A program made the translations under genes and the position numbers. Under the pieces are notes generated by a model, which did not search any database, had not been told where the DNA came from, and saw only the letters and a program-made list of their open reading frames with translations. From Macrostomum hystrix (Eukaryota > Animalia > Platyhelminthes), in the NCBI GenBank assembly GCA_950097015.1, contig CATNEN010000011.1, forward strand, positions 4,278,001-4,342,000: DNA of 64,000 bases, written 5' to 3'. This document shows, in pieces, positions 32,001-44,700 of this stretch (position 1 is the first letter of the stretch; every line of letters starts with the position of its first letter).

Positions 32001-35000
32001 TCGCCATAGATTTCTATACAGAGCATTGTTAGTTGTCCTTGTCACCAGTGTATTCGACAAAAATTGTTGAATATCTCAACGATGCCGACATAGGATGTCC
32101 ATGAAAGTTATTTCATGGTAAAGGGGCAAATTTTGATCCATATTTTCATGAAAATCGGTCATTCGGTTTGGGAGCTATCGTGAAGTAGACACTGGGTATT
32201 CCCCCCGTGGTCTTTTCCCTCGGTGAAAAATAGCTTGGTCTTTCTAATGTTTTAAACATTTGAGTTTTTACGAAATCTAACGCTTAAGCTGCAAATGCAG
32301 AGGCTGTAATCACAGCTTACAACGATAAGCTACAAGTGCTTACCTTCTCCTTGTTGATGTAGTGCAGAAAGGCGTCGTCAACCTTGACCACGTACTGCAC
32401 AGTCTTGTTAAAGCTTGCCACACCGCTGGAAGCGTGGGCCACGTCAGTGGTCTGCAGCTCGCACACGTAGAAAGGCCAGGTGCAAAAGAGGGCCGGCTTG
32501 GAGTCGCCACCCAGCAAGCGAATGCCTTCCTCGGTTAGATTCAACTGGCCAACGTGCAGCTCGACCAGGTTCTCACCGTTCTGCAGGTGGACAGTCTCGT
32601 CTATCTCGTCAATACCATCGGCTTCTTCACTTTGAAGCTGACGCTGTTGATCGATGAGAGAGAACTGCTTGGTTCCTGTGTAAGAGGAGAGTCCATATGC
32701 TTGTACATGTTCATCGGTAATAAAAACACTTATTACAGACGCTACGCAAAATAACTTTCAATCCTAACTTTATCATAGTGTGACAGGGTGGTTTGGCCCT
32801 ACCGTAGGCAACGTCCTTAAGCTGCCGCTCGAGTTTCCGAATTCTGGCCGCACGAATATCCAGCAGTTTTGCCGACTCTGTCATCTTAGCGTCGTGATCA
32901 GCTTTTACTGTCTCTAGACGACGCTCAGTTAGGGAATGACTCGCCTTCAGGTCCTGGTTGATGCGGTACTGCGCCTCCAATAGCTGGCGTGTCTTCTCCA
33001 GCTCCTGAATGGTATCGGCGTGCGCGGCTTCAACCTCCCGCAATCGACGTTGCGTGTCCTTAGCAACCTCGGTGTCAACCTGGTGAAGAAACTCGAGCTG
33101 GGACGGCTGCTGCTGTTGACGGCGCTGTTTAACCAGCACCAGGGCCTCTTCGACTTCGTCCAAGTCCACTGCGCCCTCCTGAGTTTCGATGGGTTTTAGT
33201 TACTTAGGTTTTAAAAGATTTAAAGAATCTAAAAAACCGAGGGCTTAATTGTAAATACCTTGTTAATAAACTTCATCTTGTCTCGCAGCGACTCATGCCG
33301 CTGCTGCAGCTCGTAGTATTTGATGCGCAAATTGCTCAAATCCTTCTCAACCTGCTCGCCTTTGTTTCGCTCATCCTCTAGTCGGTCAAGAAACTCGCCC
33401 TTCTCGCCGACATCGCGGTGCATTGTGGCCTCGAGCTGCTGGATTTGTGTCATCAAGGCCAACTCGCGTGCCTTCCACTGGCGCTCGCGTTCAGTGTCGA
33501 ATGCGCTGAAGGTGGGTGGATATGCATTGAGAAGCGTTTTTTATTCGGAAATTTCGACGTTCTAAAGTAAAAATTTCGTGTCATTTTGAAGCAACCCATG
33601 CAAAAGCCCCACCTGCGAGTCAGTTTCTCGTTGGCCTCTCGCAGGATCTTTGCCTCCTTGCTGGCATCCTCCAGAGCGTGCTCCAACTCCATCAGCTTCC
33701 GCTTGGCTGCCTGAGCTGAGCCGGCGCTTTCCTTCATATCTTCCGCCTCTCGTTCGCGAGCTCTTAGTTCCCGCTTCATCCGTTCGAGCTCCTCCAGGAA
33801 CCTCGAGTTGGTCTCCACCGTCTCGCGCATTCGGTCCTCGTGCTGCTCGCAGCGTGCCTGCAGCTGCTCAATGACGGCCGACTTCTCGCGAAGCTCTCGC
33901 TGGAGGCGCACCTTGTCGAGGTCGTCCTGCATGGCTGAGCGCTTGTCAGTGCCGGCTTGCATGCGAGCAATGTCCAGCTCGGATTGGAGATCCTATAAAG
34001 GTGGGCATGGCGTAAGATGTGGATAAATAAGAATGACTCGCGCACCTGTTTTGCATGCAGGCAGAAAGTTAATATTCAAATCACCTGTAGATGCCTATGG
34101 TGATCCATTTCCTGCGCATGAAGCTTAGACTTCAGTGCCTCGATCTCGGCTTCCAACCTGCCGTTGGCCATCTGCATCTGAGTGCGCTCATTGCGCATAT
34201 CGTCCGATCGGCCAAGACTTTTCTGACGCTGTTGCTGCGGCTGGAGAACTCGAGTATTAGGACCGCCGCGAGGTCGAGCCCGCCCGCTTGCCAATCCACT
34301 ATCGCGAAGCTGCTGTCCGTTGCTGGCCGAATTCGGAGTTGATTGCAGCAGCAGAGCCAGGCGTTGCTTCAGATGTATGTTCTGCTTCTCCAGCTCGGCA
34401 TTGCGCAGCTCAAGCTTCACCACCTGGTCGGTGGCGCGCAACTCGGCGGCGCTGGCACCTCCTTGCACTTTAAACTGGCGGATCTTTCAGGGAAAAACGT
34501 AGTTTTCTTAGAAATGTGGCTGAGCCAGAATTCCTTAGAAGTGCCGTTGATGTTTTAGACCCCGAAAATCCATTTTAGGCACAAAATTTATTTAACGTGG
34601 TTTTAGGATTGATTTTCTGTTTTTATTAAGTATTTCTCTGAAAACCATATATTCTGCCTTCATTAGGAGAAGTGGCTATGTACTGTATGTTTCGATTCGA
34701 TACATTTCCAAAGCACTTTTCACCAAAAACGAAGTCCAGGTAATAGTGTATGTTTAGCCTAGTGGAAGTTTTTGTCCACCAACCAGTGTTGTTTGTAAAA
34801 CTTTCATGAATTCATATTTTTCCTCTATTAACTCAAAGGTACATTCATAACTGACGGATTTGGACGAGAAAATATAGTTGCATAATTATAATTGTATTGA
34901 ACTGTATGCGTCTCTTTGTAGGAGAAACTGTATCAGTGGCGTAAATGAATGCGCCAGTATTTTGCTATTTACTTCACTTTTTAATACAGTATATTTTTCC

Positions 35001-38000
35001 TAGAATGGTTTTAAATATAGCAGGGTAAATAGTAAATAAAAAAGTGTTTTAAATAAGGCAAAGTTATGGTATTTTCGTATTAACAAAAACAGCAGTATAG
35101 TAGTACACTTGACAGAAGAAGCGATGTGAATGTCTATTGTGTTTAGTATTTGGAGATCAGACCAGACGGCAAGTCAATCCCTGACCAGCCGTTCTATGGC
35201 GCTGTTGACCGCATCTCGCACAAACTGCATGTGTGCGGGTTCTATGTCTGGCTGGCTTGCCTGAGTTTCAGAGAGATTCATCGCAAATCGGCTGCCAAAC
35301 GTAGCCCGGTTCCCGCTAAATTTTGGCGGATATAACGCTATCTCATTTGATGGCTCCTCTGACTCAGTCGTGTAGCCGGTACCTGTGCAGGTGCAAGTGC
35401 TGCACGCGTCTTCACTGTTGCTATCCAATTGTTGGTCGCTTTCATGACTGACGCCTAACATACTCGACTCGGCGACTTCTAATACGGCAGTTGATGCATT
35501 CGAGAACAGTACACCACCGGCGATAAATGTGGATCCGTTCGCTACCAATGTAGACCGTCCATGATCACTGGACGGTATGTCAACTTCATCGCTATTCATT
35601 CTCCGTGCATCAAACCTTTGCTGGACCGTGCAAGGCGAGCTGTTCCCATAGCAATCATATAAACTGCCCCCGCAGTTATTGTTGCCCCTTTCGAAAGAGC
35701 CGTTGGTGCTAGCCGCGCTAGATGAGGTGCTGCAGCTGTCTAAAGCCATCTCTACGCCAACGATCGTTGGCAAAGCGAGGCATGCCTTTGGTGGCTCGCT
35801 AATTAAACGACGATTGATATCCGTCAAGTGAGAAGCCTCTTCAACCGACGGCTCAAGTTGCTCTGACAAAGGTGGAGTTGGACAACTGGTTGTTCGATCT
35901 TCGACAACTATGCTTTTGTCAGATGTCACCTCATCGCCAACAGGATCTTCGGCTACCGCATCAATGTGAAACTGTGGACGATCGCGCACGCGGATTCTCA
36001 TGGCTGAACGCAGGTTTTCACCCGGATTGACCGTATTAATTGAGGCCACCACCGCGCTAGGAATGTTTGAGAGGCTCTTCAGATCTGTAGTTTTCAGATC
36101 TTCAAATTGCACAGTTGAAGGTGATGCAATACTACTGAAGCTGGATGAAGGCAAGCCAACTTTTTCCTTCTGCAGCCTGTGCACCGACGGTGGCAAAAGT
36201 ACAAAATGATTTTTATTGTCTGCTAAAGCCACATTTTGTTTGGAAATAGATTCATTTGTTGAAACTTTCATTTCATATTTTGTCCCATTCTTTGCATCCA
36301 ATTTATCAGTAAAGCCTTGTTTGCTTGGTAGTTTTTTTTTTAAATTATAAGGGTTGCTCGGTTCTTTGCCTTTGTTACCATGTTTGTGGCTACTCTTTAT
36401 TTCTGAATTCGCTGTTTTTCCACCTCCTTGCCATTGCTCCGGCTGGCGAAGGAAATCCGCCAAGTTTTTGTTGTAAAGAAAGAGCATCAGAGCCAGGAAA
36501 AATACTGCAAAACAGCTAAGAATAATAACTAGGATTACAAAAACGTACATGGCAGTTGACCAACCCTTTGAACTAGACGATGTACGTGGTCGAATATGCA
36601 TACCGATGACGTCACTCGGTGGTAGAAGGCCCATAGCCTCAAGTTCCAACCAGCCTGACTCTATAGCTAGCAAAAGTCGCGAGTAGCGGCGCTCACCGAG
36701 GGCAGTCCGGTAAGCTACCGCCGAAGTCGGGTCTTTAACAATAAACCGCTGCCTTCGACCGCCGCTGATATCCTCGTCGAGACCCTTACTGTCTGAATAA
36801 TAGAGCAATTGCGCGCAGCGCAGTCGGGCCACAGGCTCGAAAAGTTCCACGTGATCTTCGCTGCTCAGCATCTGCTGCGGTGGAGCACCCCCGGGTGGCT
36901 GCCTTGTGAAAAGAAAAGCTGCTGATACGCCTAGAGCAGGTAGGGCAGCGGCGAGATCGTCCGCCAACGGGCAACGAAATCGGCGGCACATCCGACGAGC
37001 GCTTTTTGTAGTGGGACAGTCGGCTTTGCAGACAGCTTTGGCGGGCGTGGGAAAAGCTTCCACAGCAACATACGCGACAAGGCCGCGAGTTTGAGAGTCG
37101 TTTGAGCAACATTGAACTAGAACAGATCCGCCGCTGCTGCTGTTGTCGCCCAGTCTAAGCTCGGTAAATCTCAGGCTCAATTCGACACCTCCGCCTGGAA
37201 GCCGATGAGATGTCGTATCAGCAAAGGCTTCAACACCCCCAGTTGATCCATGAATTCGCAGCTGCGTATCGAAGGTGGCTGCCGAACTCGTTGAAGAATA
37301 TTCGAGACCACAAATGGTAAAATTAAGCGCAAGAGTCTGGTGATCAGACCACGTCTGACTGCTGTTAGAAGGCGGGACAAACACTAAACTTCGAGCAGGA
37401 GGTCTGTTGCCGCACAAAACTGGTCTAGAAGCCACCCTAACTTGAAACTGTTGCGATGGTAGTGCGGAAAAGTTGCCAGCAGACAGAGAAGCCGCACTGC
37501 GACATGTCCAGAAGCCGGCTAGCGGTGAAGGGCTTGGGTTTCCCGGCAGCTGCCATGACATCAGGAGAAGCCTGTGCGCTTCAACTTGGCTGCCAACGCT
37601 AGGATCTGGCAGTTGCGGCGCGTTGGACATTATGCTGGAGTTGTGACTCTGAAGCCAGGAGAATTTGCAAGCGGCGCTTTCAGTCTGACTAGCTAGACAG
37701 AGAAACGGGCAGGGCAGCGCCCGGGTCAGCGGCGGATGGGTAAAAAAATCAATTTCGACGGTCGGTGGCTGAGCTGTGGGCTTGTCGGGCACAAACACAG
37801 CCTCGCTGGTGTTAGTACTATTGCTCTCTGACTGAATTTTCAGTCGCCAGTCTAGTTGAATTCGATCATTACCGCTTGGCAACAATGCTTCGGCGCTAAC
37901 GCAGAAGTCGCCACTGTCCCAGTCGCCTGAAGTCGTCCATCCAATGCGCAGCCTGCCAGCAAAGTAAACGGCATAGAAATTGGCTGGGTCAGAGGAGTTT

Positions 38001-39888
38001 GACTGCAGAACTTGCTTAGCTAATTTAGCTTTATTTCTGCAGTTGTATAAGACATAGACCGCCGTCTCTAAGACTGTTGCAGCAGCTGATTCTGACGCAG
38101 AAGGCAGCAGTTCGCAGTCGAGCGCCGTAGCTTTCCTTGAATTTCGCTTCCATTGAATCCTGTGGCAGGGAAGTCCAGTTCCGTTCTGGCTGTCAATCAG
38201 GGCGGCTCTGACCGGTCGTTCATCCCAAAGCTGAAGCCGAGCTGATGTGGCCACAATGCCGTCTCCAAACTGCAATTGGCAGGAAATGGCGAGAACGCCG
38301 CGACTGACGGAAGGCGACGGAAATTCCAAGTTGATCTGGGAGCCGCGGAAATTGTCGAAGAACCCGGTGCCAGGACGGTTCCCCGGTCCTAGGTCGAGAC
38401 TGAATGCATGACGACCGCTCCCGGAGCCTTGGGTCGAGGTCAGAGTGTGCTGCTTGCTCAACCCTGAGGACAGATCGTCTACGTTCCAGCTCAGCTCGTA
38501 AGGTTCTGCGCCGCTGTCTAGGAAGCAGGCGAGACCGATGGCTGAGCTGTTTGAAATGATCAGCATCGAGTCCGCGGATCCGTGAGCGCTCCACACGATT
38601 GGCGTCTTTGCAGCTGAGGCAGAGGCCAGCTCACTGAAATTTGGCGCGCGGAACAGCGGCAGCGGAGTGTGAAATGGCGATGACGTCGGCGCTGAGGCAG
38701 ATGTTGGCAGAGAGATGAGTCTAAGGAGGCTGAGTAGGATAGCGAGATGGGCGCTGGTTGTCTCATGTTGCGGTTTAATGCTATTCGACATAGCAGTTGG
38801 CCCCGCAGCTCTGCTTAGGTTCCCGCTTCTTTATAATGCGCTTCCACTTCTATGAGATGGTTTGAACTCGAGAAGCATCTCTTGCGCCAGGGAGTCCGAC
38901 TCACCTGACTGGATCCAGAATCACCGAGAGTCAAGATCAAATATGGCTATTTAATTTAGCGAGATTAGCGAAGACTTTCAGTTTATATTAGCTCTGAAAA
39001 ATATTAGCTCTTAATGCATTCGCCATAGCCAATGTTTTTGACTAGCTTCGAAGCCATAGACATTTGTCAGATATTCCAACTGAGGAGAAATATTTTTAAA
39101 CTCAAATCATGCATTTTATCCCGAGCAATGAATGGTAATAGCGGTGCAATGAAAGGTGTGGCAGAGCGCTTAACACGGTTGCCTTGAGCTTGATTTCGCT
39201 GTAAGGCCACATTAATTTGGGGCGCAGCCGTGGAGAGAAGGCTTGGGGGCTTGTCGTGCAATTTATGCCCTTGAAGGCTAACTTCCAAGACACAGTGAGA
39301 GTGTACACTGCCTGACGATGAGAAGGTACGGGCAGATGTTCACACCTATAGGAGCGTGTGCCTGCGTACGGTATCTGAGAGTGTGTGTGCTCAGGAGTCA
39401 GCGAAATGGGCAGGATTGCCTCCTCGCTTGTCTAGTATCCAGTGTCCAGTGTCTGCGGGTTCAGTGTCACCAAATAATGTGTTAGTGCCCAGAGCCCTCC
39501 TGCAATCATTGTTATTACAGCGGTGCAAAGCATGGCAAGTAAAATAATTCAGATTTTCCATTCGTTTTTAACAAAGGGCCCGACATTAAAAAACTTCAAG
39601 TAAGCACAAATCGATTCTTACTTCGTCGCGTTTCTTTTTCAGGACGAGTTTGAAATCCCGGATTTTTTCGTCTTGCTCACGAAACTTCTCCTTCAGCTTG
39701 GCGTGGTCCTGGTACAGACTCAGGTACTTGTCCTCGAGATCTTCGCGCAGCCACTTGCCAATCATGGCCTTATCTAGCTGGCTGATGGACAGCGGCGGCG
39801 GCCCCTGCTGATGCGCAGTCGGGGCGCCATTGGCGAATCTTGACGGCTCGGGTCTGCTGCGTTTCACAGGAATTTGGCCCGAATCCAT
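29015..39888 (-). CDS. RPGRIP1L: RPGRIP1-like ciliary transition-zone protein (Fantom/NPHP8/MKS5); exons 39622..39888, 34085..34483, 33613..33992, 33259..33505, 32803..33178, 32344..32675, 31058..31654, 30472..30984, 30207..30363, 30043..30105, 29293..29943, 29015..29136; about 1367 aa
   Basis: N-terminal REDLEDKYLSLYQDHAKLK, long coiled coil, LKDVAYG|TKQ, GENLVELH...FCTWPFY...LQTT, [27 protein letters not shown], second C2 and C-terminal C2 all match remembered RPGRIP1L motifs. All introns are GT-AG with matching phases; 4104 nt total. Confidence 0.93.
31770..32245 (+). mobile_element. Second near-complete MITE-like copy (RPGRIP1L intron)
   Basis: GAGCATTGTTAGTTGTCCTTGTCACCAG...AATATCTCAACGATGC matches 7288-7351; ends in CCCCCCGTGGTCTTTTCCC...ATAGCTTGGTCTTTC. 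Confidence 0.75.
35174..38791 (-). CDS. Intronless 1205-aa type I membrane protein with Ig-like ectodomain, nested in RPGRIP1L intron 1
   Basis: Unbroken 3.6-kb ORF. Signal peptide HLAILLSLLRLISLPTSASA; Cys/Trp spacing like Ig domains (LACF...LSW, IQWKR...DSGDFC, FSWL...GFWTC); a single TM (AMYVFVILVIILSCFAVFFLALMLFLY, about 36480-36555); about 430-aa Ser-rich tail. Confidence 0.85.
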   Translation of the reverse strand: MSNSIKPQHETTSAHLAILLSLLRLISLPTSASAPTSSPFHTPLPLFRAPNFSELASASAAKTPIVWSAHGSADSMLIISNSSAIGLACFLDSGAEPYELSWNVDDLSSGLSKQHTLTSTQGSGSGRHAFSLDLGPGNRPGTGFFDNFRGSQINLEFPSPSVSRGVLAISCQLQFGDGIVATSARLQLWDERPVRAALIDSQNGTGLPCHRIQWKRNSRKATALDCELLPSASESAAATVLETAVYVLYNCRNKAKLAKQVLQSNSSDPANFYAVYFAGRLRIGWTTSGDWDSGDFCVSAEALLPSGNDRIQLDWRLKIQSESNSTNTSEAVFVPDKPTAQPPTVEIDFFTHPPLTRALPCPFLCLASQTESAACKFSWLQSHNSSIMSNAPQLPDPSVGSQVEAHRLLLMSWQLPGNPSPSPLAGFWTCRSAASLSAGNFSALPSQQFQVRVASRPVLCGNRPPARSLVFVPPSNSSQTWSDHQTLALNFTICGLEYSSTSSAATFDTQLRIHGSTGGVEAFADTTSHRLPGGGVELSLRFTELRLGDNSSSGGSVLVQCCSNDSQTRGLVAYVAVEAFPTPAKAVCKADCPTTKSARRMCRRFRCPLADDLAAALPALGVSAAFLFTRQPPGGAPPQQMLSSEDHVELFEPVARLRCAQLLYYSDSKGLDEDISGGRRQRFIVKDPTSAVAYRTALGERRYSRLLLAIESGWLELEAMGLLPPSDVIGMHIRPRTSSSSKGWSTAMYVFVILVIILSCFAVFFLALMLFLYNKNLADFLRQPEQWQGGGKTANSEIKSSHKHGNKGKEPSNPYNLKKKLPSKQGFTDKLDAKNGTKYEMKVSTNESISKQNVALADNKNHFVLLPPSVHRLQKEKVGLPSSSFSSIASPSTVQFEDLKTTDLKSLSNIPSAVVASINTVNPGENLRSAMRIRVRDRPQFHIDAVAEDPVGDEVTSDKSIVVEDRTTSCPTPPLSEQLEPSVEEASHLTDINRRLISEPPKACLALPTIVGVEMALDSCSTSSSAASTNGSFERGNNNCGGSLYDCYGNSSPCTVQQRFDARRMNSDEVDIPSSDHGRSTLVANGSTFIAGGVLFSNASTAVLEVAESSMLGVSHESDQQLDSNSEDACSTCTCTGTGYTTESEEPSNEIALYPPKFSGNRATFGSRFAMNLSETQASQPDIEPAHMQFVRDAVNSAIERLVRD
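39155..39518 (+). mobile_element. SINE family A, full length
   Basis: Head, body and tail as in 17121-17480. Confidence 0.8.
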
Positions 39889-41702
39889 GAGGTGCTGGAG
39901 TACAGTTTTTTATTATTTTATGCTGAGTTTCTATGCATGTGTGACTCAACAATGGAACTTAATTTGTATAATTTAAAATCTGAATAAAGTAGAATTTCAT
40001 GAAAACTCATTGAAGCATATTTAATTAGCTATGTAAAATTTAATGGTTACATTAAAATATTAGTGTACACTTTTAAGATGCCTTTCTACTTTGAATCCCA
40101 AAAGTAGAAAACTAAACAGTATTTAATTGATCTATCAATTTGACTGCAAGTATGCAGTTTTTTTTGTGCTGAGATTCTAGCGATTTTCACACTTTTACAG
40201 AAGTCAATTTGTAGCTTAAAAAAATGGAATGGTTTAAAAGTTATAAATTAGTTGTATTTTTAAACACATATCCTCTGAAGCATGAAGCTTGTGCTATTAT
40301 AATTGTTTAATTAAAATTATTTTTAAATTAGGTTTAATTTGAGACATGTTTCATATAAGAATATTTTGACTGACTTATAATAAAAGGGCCAACAGTAAAT
40401 AACCAACCAGATTATGTAAGATCTAAAAGACATGTAAAATGGCGAAAAATATAAATTCCGAAAACATATGCATCATCAAATTCTTCTATTTGTGTACTTT
40501 TTTCGTACATGCCATGAAGCAATAAATAATTATTGTGATGTCCTAATTTCTAGTAAAGTACGTTTTGTACATCGACATCACTACTTGCTAAAAAATATTA
40601 AGTATAAAAGTATATCTATTTCTATGTAGTTTTACTTGCGGCAGCACGGATTTATTGAAATAAAAGTCAGGAAAAAAAGAAAACATGCATTTGAGATTTA
40701 CGTAATTCGCGAATTTTTTTTAAAGAATTTTTAGTTTTTTTTACGGAAACGAAACTGGCGAAAATTATGTTAAAATTGGAAAGCTAAATTTGTCAGCGAC
40801 AATAAAGTATGCAGTAAATAAGCGTATTTTTTTATTACATTACAAACACTCATTATCTATCCCTTTTAACTAAGCGGTGTTACTTTTTACTTTATGCATT
40901 TTTTGTAGCCTTGTAGTATCGCTTTGTTTTAACTGAAGTCAAAATATGTAGCGGAGTATAACTAACGTGTTTGTTTTATCTTATAAACAAACAAGAACTT
41001 AAAAACATGCATCTTTGTCGTTTAATTTCAATAATATAATTCTATAATTTTAGCAGGAGAAATTTATCCTTTAATTGCATGAATTACTGTACTTGATTCG
41101 ACAGTATAAAGCCTTTTCCGACATTATTCAATTAATGAACCGTTTTCAGACTTTCTAAGCAGCTTACATAAACTGCAGCTTCAATGTGTTTAATATTAGA
41201 TAAGATAGAAGATAGAACTTATTAAATATTAGAAGATAGAAGCCCGTGAATTTGAATTATTTGAATACAGCTAGAATTTTGTGGAATTATATTAGTCTTA
41301 ATGCAGCTAGTATTATCTCATAGGCCACCATTTAAATCCAGCCACACGCGCGTCTTAGCCTTCAAAAAGCCATGCAATGCGCTGCATGTAAAACCATAAA
41401 ACATCACATGTAAGTTAAAAAATAAAGATCTGCATAAAAATTAACAAGGCAAAGAGACATTTGTGATTCTGTCTCGCTCCACTGCATTAAAGTGAAGCTT
41501 TTTAAAAAACCAAATCTTTGCCCCACAAAGCAAATGTGGAACAAAGCAATGACAAGGCAAGGCAAAAGTGCTGCTAAATTATATTTTTAATTCGGCAGAA
41601 ACAGGAAGGTTGGTTAAAATAAGCCAATTATTTCACTTATTCATTTTGAAAAAAAATCTTTTTCGGAAAGAAAAGTCCTGAACCAAAACGAAAGTTCAAA
41701 TA

Positions 41703-44700
41703 TCAGTAGTAGGTCTCCCTTTCTACAATGTTGCCAGGTGGCAACCGACGAATGAGCAACTTTCGAATTTCATCAAAAGTGAAAATCAGGACACTGTGAC
41801 CTAAAGGCAGCAGACACCAGCCATACTTCAGCGGCATCATCTTCAGAACCATGTAGGAATAGGGCATGTAGCTTAGCAGCATGGCGAGAATGGTCTCAAA
41901 GAACAGGCTGATGGTCATTGGATGATTTCTCATACCTGAGGTTTTGAGGTTGGCGCAAAGGAAATTTGAAAGTTAAATTAAACGATTTCGTGACTCATTT
42001 TGCTTAACTATTTAATTTAACAATTTTATATTTCAAAATTGCTAACTTCTATTACATGAAGCTAAATTGGCATTTTTTGTATGATTTCTTTTCATTTTTG
42101 TCGGCACAAATTTCTCTGGGAAGGAAATTTTTTTCACATTCCAAGCATATTACAGTGTAGTATTACGTTTGAAAGTACGAGTACATAAAAGTATATGCTT
42201 CGATGTTTTTGGCCAAAAGAAACGATTAAAGAAGAGAATTGTATATATGTATCGTGGGTGCAATCGGCATTTTATGTATCTTATATAGAATTGCTAGTTT
42301 GTACACAATCGGTGTAACATTTCCCATTCATTTCTACATGTACAGTATAGCAACAGTAGCTGTACCAGCACAGAACACTGCATGCATGGTTCTATGATTT
42401 GTTATGCTTAACTAAGCGTGTAGCATAAAAATTAATGGTTTTTAAGCCTCCCAACTGACGACGTCTGAGGTAAGAATCACGCCGACAATGGCGCCCGACA
42501 CACGCCTGACTGCATCGCAGCCCAGATGGGCCGAGATGAAAGTGTACAGATCGGAATCTCCGATAGTATGCGCCACTGCATACTTCGCCTATGTGCTATG
42601 CTTATTCTAATGCTGCAGTGTCAATGCATAGACCTTTTGGTCAAGTTGTCAATCAAATTTCCCAGATTTGAATAGCCTTAAAAATTTAACTATGCTGCAC
42701 TATTGGTATATGTAACATGAACTTTAGTCTGCTGTTAGCCCAGTGTACTGCTCTCCTAACCAATAATAAAAAATAATAATAATAATTGCAGGAGGCTGTG
42801 GGCAATGGTACATCATTTGATGACACTAGACCCGCAGCCAGCGAGGAGGCAATTCTACCCATTTCGCTGACTCCTTAGCACACATGCACTCAAATGCTGT
42901 ACACAGGCACACGCTCACACAGGTGTGTACATCTGCCCTGACTTTCTCATCATCAGGCAGTGTACACTTCACTGTGCCTTGAAGTTTTGTCCTCAAGGGC
43001 GCAAATTAGACGACAAGCCCACAAGCCTTCTCTCCGCGGCTGCGCCCCAAATGAATGTGGCCTCGCCGTGGAATCGAGATCAGGGACATTGGTGCGAGAG
43101 GCAAACGAATCTGCCAACGACCCTTCTCCAAACTAAATAGGAAGTTCCATTGTCAGCCGAGGTCATTAAATAAGATGCTTATTAACTTCACGTTGCTTAA
43201 GTTTATCCACAATGGGTACCAACAGTAGCTGCCGACAGGCTCTGGTGGCTACCCAGTCTATGGACTGAACTGGGCTGTACACTATAGCCTTAGGAATCGC
43301 AACTGAATATATATAAGAATATTTATCATAGCCAGTCCGTCTATCAGAAGCGAAAACTCATGGATGAAATACGAACAATCCTAGCATTCGGGACTAAACA
43401 GCCTTAACCGAGTAAGCGCGAGCTGCTCACCTTGCTGGAATACGGACAACCGACGAGTCTTGCAAATGATGAGATCGGCCCACTGGACAATGACTATGGC
43501 TACGAAGAAACCAGTCTGGCAGGTCATCTCCAATTTCTTGCGCTCTTCATAGGTCCACTCCTGACCGAACGAGTCCAGTAGGCTGTCCTGGGCGCGCGAG
43601 TCCCAAGATTGGCGCAGAAACAGCAACTTCCCGGGCAGGAAGCCATTCTGGGCCATGATGCAAAAGTACACCAGCCAGCCAGCTGACATCTGAATCACTC
43701 CGATCTGACCGTAGGCCATGCCGATGAGGCGGGAGTTCACGAGGCGGTCTCTCTTGGGATTTCTGGGCGGTCTGCGCATGATGTCGCTCTCGGCCAGCTC
43801 GTAAGCGAAACTGATGGCAGGGAACATGTCGGTGCCCAGGTCGATGCACAGAATGTGCACGGTGCCAAGTGCCAGCGGTAAGCCAAGGACGATGAAGAAG
43901 ATGAAGGGCACCATTTCTGGTACCTTGGAAGTCAGAGTGTAGGCTATGGACTTCTTCAGATTGTCGAATATCAAGCGGCCTTGAAAAATTTTTTGTGTTA
44001 AAAGGTGTTTCATTTTGATTTCGGTGGTTATATTTTGACTTCTGACTGAGTGGTCGGGAAACACTCATTGCCAGTAGAGTAACTAGCATAATATGCTAGT
44101 TACAAATGGAGAAAGTGCACATTCCGAATATAAATACATGAGCAAGTCTTGTCTCACATAAAACCATAAAAGCGTTTCGACGAACTAAATGGGAAAGGAA
44201 AGAGGCCAGAATGGAAATTAAGCCTAATAATCAAGCTTGAGTTGAGTAATGGCATCGAAGCTTATAGCGGCCGAAAATGAGTATAGAAATCTCTCTTTAT
44301 CTGGACGCTTTGCGAGTTCGACTTAGTGAGGATTTTCTGCAGCGATTCCGGGCATAAGAGAATCTCCACACCCAACGATAGACATAAATTTACGGTGAAT
44401 TTTTTTCAGAACTTTAATCCGCATGACCCACCCTTGATGAGCTGCTAAATGACTGAGTAGAGTACGTTTTCGGCAAATATCTAGTTTCATTAACTGAGAG
44501 TTTCAAATAATGACGTCGTTAAGAGTGCAATAATTTGTGAATAAAAATTGTAGCACGTTTTGTAAGACTTGTCCATCCTCGTATCATGGACGATCGCACG
44601 CGTTTCTTTGCCGAGCAAGTTTTGGTTCATGTAAAGTGAATATTTTCCCATGATATGCTTTGAGATCTCACCTTCTTCAACGCCGACAACAATCGAGGCA

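Noticed and set aside
42489-42498. TGGCGCCCGA resembling the retrotransposon PBS
   Set aside because: No adjacent LTR sequence; likely chance.
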